From: Polyangiales bacterium
Lineage (GTDB): Bacteria; Myxococcota_A; Polyangia; Polyangiales; DASUME01
NCBI GenBank assembly: GCA_038257655.1
Contig: JBBSJC010000002.1
Coordinates: 1 to 40,799 of the forward strand
DNA length: 40,799 nt
Direction of reading: 5' to 3'
The notes below the pieces were generated by a model, which was not told where the DNA came from, did no database searches, and was given only the letters and a program-made list of their open reading frames with translations. The position numbers and the translations under genes are program-made. Of this stretch, positions 9,701-16,462 are shown piece by piece (position 1 is the stretch's first letter; each line of letters begins with the position of its first letter).

Positions 9701-9862
9701 CTGGGGCTCGTGCCGCTCGCGCTGTCTGCGGGAGAGCCTGGCAGCGAAATCCAGGCGCCGATGGCCGTCGTGATTCTGTGTGGTCTGCTGACCTCGACGG
9801 CACTCAACATGTTCGTGGTGCCCGCGCTGTACCGACGCTACGGCTCGCTGGCATGCCCATGA
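6776..9862 (+). CDS. CusA/CzcA-family heavy-metal-efflux RND permease
   Basis: 1028 aa. The N-terminal block [40 protein letters not shown]...[36 protein letters not shown]...PISSIMGEI matches the HME-RND family. The architecture is 12 TM with two large periplasmic loops. The TM4 motif is [17 protein letters not shown] (VDD..EN at nt 7979-8008). Confidence 0.9.
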   Translation: [1028 protein letters not shown]

Positions 9863-9896
9863 AGTTATCCAAAACAAAGACGTAGGCTCGTGGTCG

Positions 9897-10859
9897 CTAG
9901 AGGAACGCCGCGCGCAGGCCTCCGACGACGAAGAATCGCGTCGGATCTACTCCTGCGCTACGACTGCGGTCGGCAGACTCGAACACCCGCGCTGCGTAGC
10001 GCACGCCAAGGTAGGGCGCGAGCTCGCGCATGAACTCGTAGCGAAAGCGAAGGCCCGTCACAACCTCGCTCAGACCTGCTCCGACGTTGCGCTCCGCAAT
10101 GTCTTGAAACGCCACCGTAAGCTCCGCTCGCGGCTGGGCCACGAAACGCTGCGTGATTCGCCAGTCGTACTCGAGCTCGAGCTGACTGGTAAAGTCACCA
10201 TCCTCGGAAACGTAGCCAGTCGCATCAACCTCGAACTTACCGGGTGCAAGGCCCTGAATTGCGAGCGCTGCCGACCAGGAGTCGCTGTAGTCGGCGCCCT
10301 GCTGCCACTCATTTGCATACTGCGCTCCCGCCTGCAGACTCCAGAAGGGAGCGACCAAGCGCGAGTACATCACATCGGTCTCGCTCTCGACGGAGCGACC
10401 GTCTTCAAGCACGGCCTCGCCTTCGGGCTTGATCACGAGACGATTGAAATCTCCACCGAACCATACATTGGCCTCCCAACCGAGCTGGTCGGGGGCGTCT
10501 TTGCCGTCGATGCGATACTCGAGTTGATCCCAAAGAAAGAAGAAGAGCATGCGATCGTCGTTGATTGCGTCCGGGTAGCGAGGGGGAGGTGTTTCCGCCG
10601 CGCGGGCAAGCACCTCGTCGAGCGACATCCCCGCCGGCAGCGCAGGGTCAAGCTCCTGTTCCGTAGGTCGATAGGAGTCGCCCACCGAAGGGGTGGGCGC
10701 AGGCGTGGCATCCCCGTCGGGCAAAGTGGCTGCCGAAGGTGGCGTCAGCGCTTCCGGCGACGGCTCCTGCGCAGAGGCAGGCATAGACAGGTAGAGAGAA
10801 AGCAGTGTAGCCAGGGCCGCGCCGACAGTAAGCTCAACTCTCAGCACTGTTGGCCTCAC
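9897..10859 (-). CDS. copB: copper resistance protein B (CopB/PcoB outer membrane protein)
   Basis: 320 aa. It has a signal peptide ending ASA-QE and a Pro-rich linker, then the CopB core (MLFFFLWDQLEYRIDG...WEANVWFGGDFNRLVIKPEGE...LRFRYEFMRELAPYLGVRY) ending in an aromatic residue. The GTG start overlaps the copA 3' end by 26 nt. Confidence 0.8.
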   Translation of the reverse strand: MRPTVLRVELTVGAALATLLSLYLSMPASAQEPSPEALTPPSAATLPDGDATPAPTPSVGDSYRPTEQELDPALPAGMSLDEVLARAAETPPPRYPDAINDDRMLFFFLWDQLEYRIDGKDAPDQLGWEANVWFGGDFNRLVIKPEGEAVLEDGRSVESETDVMYSRLVAPFWSLQAGAQYANEWQQGADYSDSWSAALAIQGLAPGKFEVDATGYVSEDGDFTSQLELEYDWRITQRFVAQPRAELTVAFQDIAERNVGAGLSEVVTGLRFRYEFMRELAPYLGVRYAARVFESADRSRSAGVDPTRFFVVGGLRAAFL

Positions 10860-12687
10860 CTTCGAGTGACTTCACTACGGCGACCGTGCGAAACATCCCT
10901 GCTTCCATGTGATACAGAAGGTGGCAATGGAACGCCCACTGGCCTGGCGCGTCCACTGTCACGTCGACGGTAAGCAACTCTGCGGGCTGCACGACGACGG
11001 TATGCTTGCGTGGGTTCTCGGAGTATTCGTGTCCTGCGTAAAGGTCCATCCACATACCATGCAGGTGAATGGGATGACTCATCATCGTATCGTTGAGAAA
11101 GTTGAGGCGCACACGTTCGCCAAAGACGAAGCGCAGGAGATCCGACTCCGACCACTTCTTCCCGTCGAATCCCCAGATGTACTTCTGCATGTTGCCGGTC
11201 AGGTGCAGATTGATCTCCCGAGTTGGCGGGCGCCGTCCGGGCGGCGGTTCGAGCGCGCGCAGCTTGCCGTAGCTCAGCACGCGCCATCCGTCGTCACCGA
11301 GACCGACGCCCGGGTCATCGAGCTGCCGATACGCACTCTTGGCCATCGTGATGCTCGCAGGGCCGTGCTTGTTCGGACCGTGCTTGATGCGCTCCGGAAG
11401 GTCGCGCACGGGCAGCTCGCTTCCGGATCTTTCTTGGGGCGCCGAGCTCACCGCCTCCGGCTCCCCTCCCATCTCAGCGTGAGCACCAGAAGAGTCGTGA
11501 TCCATCTGCGCGGCCGATTTCATACTGTGCATCATTCCCATGTCGGCCATGGTCAACATCGGTCGCGGCCGTCGACCTGGTACAGGCGCCGACATGCCGG
11601 CGCGCGGCGCGAGCGTCGCCCGTACGAACCCGCTGCGATCCATCGTTTCGGCGAAGAAGGTCCGCGGCTCGTCATCGGGCAGGCTCACGATCACGTCGTA
11701 GCTCTCAGCGACGCCGATCCGAAGCTCGTCGGTCTCCACTGGCTTCACATTCTGTCCGTCCGCCTGTACGACCGTCATCGGTAGACCGGGAATGCGCACA
11801 TCAAAGAACGTCATGCTCGAAGCGTTCACGATGCGCAGACGTACCTTCTGGCCGGCGCGCGCTAGAAGCGTTGGATTTTCTGCTGCGCTGTGGCCATTGA
11901 TCAAATAGGTATAGGTGACACCTGTCACGTCCAAGAGATCGGTCGGATCCATGCGCATCCAATCCCACCGCAGTCGCTTCCAAATCGCTTCGCCCAGCGA
12001 CTTCTTCGTGTTGCGTACTTGCTGAGGGAGGTTGGCGGTCGTCGGTCGTTGGAAGTTGAAGTACCCCTCGAACTTCTTGAGCTTGGCGAAGATCGTCTCC
12101 GGGTGTTCGAACGTCCAGTCCGATAAGACGACGGAATGCTCTACATCGTAGGCGACGGGATCGGGGGAGCTTGGCTCGACGATGAGCTGCCCGATGTGCC
12201 CTAACTGCTCCTGAAAACCTGAGTGACTGTGATACCAATAGGTGCCGTTCTGGCGCACTCGGTACCGGTAGGTGAAGGTCTCGCCAGGCGCGATTCCCGC
12301 GAAACTAATGCCGGGGACTCCGTCCATCGTGAATGGAAGTAGGATCCCGTGCCAGTGAATCGAAGTGGCCTCATCTAGCCGGTTGTGTACCCGAATCTCA
12401 ACGTCGGTACCCTCCTTCATGCGAATGACCGGCCCAGGGATGGAGCCATTGATGGTGATCGCTCGGCCGACTTTCCCAGCGACGAGGATGTCTCTTCGCT
12501 CCAATACGAGGTCGATGCCACCTGGCGCGCTGGCGTTCAACTCTCCCACCGCACCAGCACGAGGCATGTCCGCCTTTCCGGTGCGAGGAATAGAGAGCGA
12601 CGCTACCGCCAATGCGGCGGAGTTGAGCTGAAGGTAGCGCCTACGTGACAGAGCGTAGTTTTGTGAGGTTCGATCGTGAGCAGTCAT
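10834..12687 (-). CDS. copA: copper resistance multicopper oxidase (CopA/PcoA) with TAT signal
   Basis: All four copper-ligand blocks are present: HWHGILLP, WYHSHSGFQEQ, HPIHLHGMW and HCHLLYHMEAGMF. A twin-arginine signal (SRRRYLQLNSAALAVASL) and a Met/His-rich segment (MLTMADMGMMHSMKSAAQMDHD) are also present. I prefer the ATG at 12685-12687; the track ORF extends to 12780. Confidence 0.9.
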   Translation of the reverse strand: MTAHDRTSQNYALSRRRYLQLNSAALAVASLSIPRTGKADMPRAGAVGELNASAPGGIDLVLERRDILVAGKVGRAITINGSIPGPVIRMKEGTDVEIRVHNRLDEATSIHWHGILLPFTMDGVPGISFAGIAPGETFTYRYRVRQNGTYWYHSHSGFQEQLGHIGQLIVEPSSPDPVAYDVEHSVVLSDWTFEHPETIFAKLKKFEGYFNFQRPTTANLPQQVRNTKKSLGEAIWKRLRWDWMRMDPTDLLDVTGVTYTYLINGHSAAENPTLLARAGQKVRLRIVNASSMTFFDVRIPGLPMTVVQADGQNVKPVETDELRIGVAESYDVIVSLPDDEPRTFFAETMDRSGFVRATLAPRAGMSAPVPGRRPRPMLTMADMGMMHSMKSAAQMDHDSSGAHAEMGGEPEAVSSAPQERSGSELPVRDLPERIKHGPNKHGPASITMAKSAYRQLDDPGVGLGDDGWRVLSYGKLRALEPPPGRRPPTREINLHLTGNMQKYIWGFDGKKWSESDLLRFVFGERVRLNFLNDTMMSHPIHLHGMWMDLYAGHEYSENPRKHTVVVQPAELLTVDVTVDAPGQWAFHCHLLYHMEAGMFRTVAVVKSLEGEANSAES

Positions 12688-13082
12688 CTGGCGTCTCGGG
12701 CCTGTCTTCGTTGAGGTCTGATCTGGGTGGCTTCCGTGCTGAAGGCTCGAAACAGCAAGCTTCGTGCCCGGGCGACGCAAACGTCATGGCAGCGACCACC
12801 CCCGTCGCGAAGCCCTTCGCGAGGCCCTCCGCGGCGCCCTTCGCGAGGTAGGCCGCGCGCATCGGGAGGTCGTCCAAGAGTGGGGCCACGAGCCGCATGT
12901 GAGCGCCTCGATCCGCCTGTTTGCCTCAACGCGGGAGCGGAACGCAACTGGGTATTGTCGGATCGCAGCGGTCAAGAGCTCACCGTCCACGTGGGCGGTA
13001 GCTATGAGTGCGACGATAGGTCGTTACCACAGCGTTGCTGACTACCTCGAGTTCAAGGTGGGTCGGGTGGGCATGACAGGGC

Positions 13083-13248
13083 TCAGACGTGTACGACCTG
13101 AGGGCGCAACGAGTAGAACGTGAACAGCACTTCCTCTTTTTCGCGCTGTCCAATCCCGTTCTTATGCGAGTGCGGCCATGACATCATCCACCACGGCCAT
13201 GAACTCGGCCTCGCTGATGCCGAGTCGCACGAAGAGAGATTCGCTCAT
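13083..13248 (-). pseudogene. possible truncated-hemoglobin (trHb) relic with internal deletion and frameshift
   Basis: A 28-codon ORF (13162-13248) sits behind a good SD (AAAGGAAG) and reads MSESLFVRLGISEAEFMAVVDDVMAALA. This resembles the trHb N-terminus (S-[FY]-x-x-[LI]-GG-x6-VD-x-FY-x-x-V). In the next frame, GIGQREKEEVLFTFYSLRPQVVHV-stop (to 13083) resembles a trHb C-terminal helix. The middle of the gene, roughly 70-80 codons, is absent. The conserved GG and FY positions are substituted, so the call is tentative. Confidence 0.35.
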
Positions 13249-13340
13249 GGGGTCTTCCTTTCAAATGGGCGGGGTGGTGATGCCGGGACTATGGCCGGCC
13301 CCATTCGCGGTTGCATGAAAGGAAGATGAAAACTGTGACG

Positions 13341-13440
13341 GTCAATCCAGCTCGAGGCAGTAGCCGTGGCCGCGCACGGTCCGAATTCGGGCTCGGCCCC
13401 CTTCCTACCGACGTCGAAGCGCTTCAAGGGCGCGCGGCCG
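13341..13440 (-). pseudogene. 3' relic of an OmpR/PhoB-family response regulator (winged-helix C-terminus)
   Basis: The minus-strand frame reads stop-EGGRARIRTVRGHGYCLELD-stop (13341-13400). IRTVRG-x-GY-x-LE is the near-invariant C-terminal signature of Trans_reg_C domains. The preceding residues (RAPLKRFDVGRKGAEPEF) are in a different frame, and no receiver domain exists upstream. It lies upstream of copA on the same strand. Confidence 0.5.
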
Positions 13441-14227
13441 CGACGATGAAGCAGCCGAGGGCGATCAGGCTGCAAAGGGGCGCAAACAGTAAGCTATCGG
13501 CGCGGGCAAACGGGGTCTGGAACTCGCGCTTGAAGAGGCCTGCGTAGCGGAAGTCACCGACACAGCGCGCGGCGAACACAGCGCCGAGTAGCCAAACCGC
13601 GGTCGTCGCGCTCGGCGGCGACACCTCGCCAACCACACCGGTGGCGAGGAGGACGAGAGCGCTCGCAAGGAACAGCCCGGCCGCCACGAACAACGTGATC
13701 GCCGGACCCGGTCGAAACGCAGGTCTTCCTGCGATCTCAGGCAGCGCGGCGCGCGGCACTGCGTCCGCAGAGAGGGCCCAGTGGACATGGAGGGCCGACA
13801 GAGCTCCCAGGATACCGGCGGTCGCGAGCCCGATGGTCGACTTTGCACCCGAGCTCGAGAGCAAGGAACCGTGAGCAAAGGCGAACGTGCAAGCAGCGAT
13901 GGCCAGAAAAACCGCCCAGGCAAAATGGGTGCCCCGCGACACACCATACGTGAGGACTGCCATGGCCAGCATGGTCCCTGTCACCACGTCGAATATCGCT
14001 GAGGGGAAATCGTAGAGTGCGAGCAAGGCAGCAAACGCCCAGAAGGCCAGCGTGGTGAGATGCCACGCAAAGCGCAGGGTGCGTTCGTTGAACGTGCGCC
14101 CCTCTGCAAAAACGGGCCAGGACTCGTGCGCAATCAGTGGCCTGATGAACAGGATTTCGCCGAGCACCGAGTGCATGGCACCGATCAATACGAGCAGAAC
14201 TGCGGCCCCGATCAGCAATGTCGACAT
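13424..14227 (-). CDS. integral membrane protein, C-terminal half DUF3995-like
   Basis: 267 aa with about 8 hydrophobic segments. The C-terminal half (LSALHVHWALSADAVPRAALPEIAGRPAFRPGP...VFAARCVGDFRYAGLFKR) fits my recollection of DUF3995. I did not recognise the N-terminal half (GAMHSVLGEILFIRPL). It has a GGAGG SD and is divergent from a TetR gene. Confidence 0.65.
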   Translation of the reverse strand: MSTLLIGAAVLLVLIGAMHSVLGEILFIRPLIAHESWPVFAEGRTFNERTLRFAWHLTTLAFWAFAALLALYDFPSAIFDVVTGTMLAMAVLTYGVSRGTHFAWAVFLAIAACTFAFAHGSLLSSSGAKSTIGLATAGILGALSALHVHWALSADAVPRAALPEIAGRPAFRPGPAITLFVAAGLFLASALVLLATGVVGEVSPPSATTAVWLLGAVFAARCVGDFRYAGLFKREFQTPFARADSLLFAPLCSLIALGCFIVAAARP

Positions 14228-14234
14228 GTTACCT

Positions 14235-14252
14235 CCATACGCATGCGTATGG
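14235..14252. promoter_or_regulatory. perfect 18-bp palindrome, candidate TetR operator 1
   Basis: CCATACGCATGCGTATGG is fully self-complementary. It overlaps the SD (GGAGG, 14232-14236 on the minus strand) of the membrane-protein gene by 2 nt. It lies in the 70-bp divergent intergenic region. Confidence 0.6.
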
Positions 14253-14285
14253 TTGAAGATCTGTTGCCGCTCCTCGCGAAAGTCA

Positions 14286-14299
14286 ATACGCTAGCGTAT
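14286..14299. promoter_or_regulatory. perfect 14-bp palindrome, candidate TetR operator 2
   Basis: ATACGCTAGCGTAT shares the half-site ATACGC/GCGTAT with operator 1. It overlaps the first two bases of the tetR start codon (ATG at 14298). The centre-to-centre distance to operator 1 is 49 bp. Confidence 0.55.
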
Positions 14300-14879
14300 G
14301 GATAAAGCGACTTTGCTGGATCGCGAGACCTGGGTCAGGGCCGCAGCGCGTGCTCTTTCCAGCGCGGGTGTCGCCGCGGTACGTGTGGAGGCGTTGGCTC
14401 GCGAGCTCGGTGTCACCAAGGGCAGCTTCTACTGGCATTTTCGGGACCGAAACGAACTGCTCTCCGAGCTTCTGGCTGTTTTTCAAGGGGCCGCGACCGA
14501 AGCGGTGATCGTGCGCGTCGAGACGAAAGGGGGCACGCCCGAGGCGCGGCTCAAACGACTCCTCGCAATCTGCACGCGCGCCGAGACCGATCGATTTGAG
14601 TCGGCCGTGCGGGCCTGGGGCATGGACGACCCACGGGTACGCGAGGTCCTCACGGCGGTCGACGCGAGGCGTGAGGGCTACGTCACCGACCTCCTCGTCT
14701 CGGCTGGCATTCGTAGGCCCCAGGCACGCGACCGCGCGCGCGCCCTCTATCTCGCCTTGATCGGAGAGTTCACGTGGGTCTCCCATGGGGGCAGCCCCTC
14801 ACCGCGCAGCGTCTGGAAGAACCTGATCGCGATGAGTCTCGAGGCGCAGGTGTCACGGACATCGAGCATCGCGCCATGA
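14298..14879 (+). CDS. TetR/AcrR-family transcriptional regulator
   Basis: 193 aa. The N-terminal HTH is AARALSSAGVAAVRVEALARELGVTKGSFYWHFRDRNELL. Confidence 0.85.
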   Translation: MDKATLLDRETWVRAAARALSSAGVAAVRVEALARELGVTKGSFYWHFRDRNELLSELLAVFQGAATEAVIVRVETKGGTPEARLKRLLAICTRAETDRFESAVRAWGMDDPRVREVLTAVDARREGYVTDLLVSAGIRRPQARDRARALYLALIGEFTWVSHGGSPSPRSVWKNLIAMSLEAQVSRTSSIAP

Positions 14880-15078
14880 TCGACATGACGTGACCCTGTT
14901 TCTCCTTCGGCGCCACTACAGACTTCCCGCCGGTGCAGCGACCCGTATGGAGATCATGCATGCCTGCGGTTCTCAGCCGAGCACAGCATCGGAGTCTCGT
15001 TCTGCCGACGGACCTTTACGGGCTTGGCACAAATGGCTGTGAGCCCGCGCGTGTGTGACGCCCCCTGAGGCTCGCTAC

Positions 15079-16221
15079 TCAGGAGTGACTTACGGCGGCA
15101 CGAATACAGCCGCGCTCCGTCTTTGCGGCGTACAAAGCGAGGTCCGCTGCGCCCAACACTTCGGCGCTCGTGGGCCGGAAGGCTGCAAAGTCTGCAACGC
15201 CGATGCTGCAGCTCAGGTGGATGCGAGCGCCCGAGTCGGTTGTGAACCCCATATCGCGCACGTGACCACTCAGACGCTCTGCAACCACCGTCGCGCCGTC
15301 GAGGGAAGTATTGGGTAGCAGGATACAGAACTCTTCGCCGCCATAGCGTCCGAGCACATCCGTCTGTCGCAGTCGCTGCATGAACACTTGGGTCAGTGCG
15401 CGAAGCACGTCATCGCCCACGAGGTGACCGTATTGATCATTGACGCGCTTGAAGTGATCGGCGTCGATCATCAGCACGCTCAGCGGTAGGTCGTAGCGCT
15501 TGGCGCGCGCAATCTCCGCTTCGAAACGCTCGAGCCAGGCCCGACGGTTGAGCGCTCCGGTCAAGCCATCCGTGGTGGCAAGGCGCTCTAGTTCCGCGTT
15601 GCTGCGCGCAAGACGCTCCACAACGAGCTCAAGCGCGTCCTGAGCGTGTGGCCTTTGCTCGTCCGTGCGCTGCAAAAAGCTCATGGCGAATAGCGCCACC
15701 GCGGTATGCACCGCCATCGGTACGAAGGGCCCGACGCGATAGAGCGTACGGATGCCGTAGGCGTATCCCACGACGGCAAATAGAGCCACCAGCATCGCGG
15801 GTGCGGCCAGCGCTTCAGAAAGGCTGATCTTGCCAATCCGTACACCGAATAGTGCCAGCCCCGCGCCCAGCACGAGCTGACAAATCGCGGTGTTGGGAGC
15901 CATACGGGTGGGGGGAAAATGCGGACTCACGTCAAGCTGCGCGGTAAAGAGCAAGCGGTCGACTTGCAGGTCCGTATGCCAGAGATACTCAGACATCCGT
16001 GCGATCGCGACGACGCATACGAGCACGCCCGCAACGCGCGTAATGCGTAGACTCGTGGCACGCCCATCGATCACGAGTACCCCGAGCCCAAGCGCCGCGA
16101 AGTTTACGGCGGTCAGCGGATTCATCGCGATGTAGCCGGGAAGCACCGACTTGAGGGTGTCGATCGAAGCGCCCCAGCCGATGAGCACAGCCAGCGCAAG
16201 CAGCACGAGGCCGATGCCCAC
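15079..16221 (-). CDS. membrane-anchored diguanylate cyclase (GGDEF domain)
   Basis: 380 aa with about 6 N-terminal TM segments, a coiled linker, and a GGDEF domain (DGLTGALNRRAW...LMIDADHFKRVNDQYGH). The active site RYGGEEF is intact. An RxxD I-site (RQTD) lies 5 residues upstream. Confidence 0.85.
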   Translation of the reverse strand: MGIGLVLLALAVLIGWGASIDTLKSVLPGYIAMNPLTAVNFAALGLGVLVIDGRATSLRITRVAGVLVCVVAIARMSEYLWHTDLQVDRLLFTAQLDVSPHFPPTRMAPNTAICQLVLGAGLALFGVRIGKISLSEALAAPAMLVALFAVVGYAYGIRTLYRVGPFVPMAVHTAVALFAMSFLQRTDEQRPHAQDALELVVERLARSNAELERLATTDGLTGALNRRAWLERFEAEIARAKRYDLPLSVLMIDADHFKRVNDQYGHLVGDDVLRALTQVFMQRLRQTDVLGRYGGEEFCILLPNTSLDGATVVAERLSGHVRDMGFTTDSGARIHLSCSIGVADFAAFRPTSAEVLGAADLALYAAKTERGCIRAAVSHS

Positions 16222-16462
16222 TCAGTGAGAAGGAACTATCCGTGGTCGCTGTGCGATGCTCAACACCATATGCTTCGCGCGTGCTTCGTGCCTGTAGGCG
16301 CGGTCAGCCGACAAGCGGGCTTGTCACCTTCGCGCGTCCCTACTTCAGTTTATCAGGGGTTGCGGCGCCGGACCGTAAAGTTTGGTCAGGTCGCGCCTCA
16401 CGGGCGCCCACAGTGGCCTCGCGCGTCGCTTTAGGTGGTGGCGCGCCAACCGGAGGTCACAG

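Noticed and set aside
12641-12990. Minus-strand ORFs 12641-12898 and 12784-12990 (…AFRSRVEANRRIEAL… / …LAPLLDDLPMRAAYLAKGAAEGLAKGF…) as a real small gene upstream of copA.
   Set aside because: I recognised no family. The two pieces are in different frames. The 3' part overlaps the copA start and reads as junk. It is probably another decayed fragment, or non-coding DNA containing the 13-nt direct repeat.
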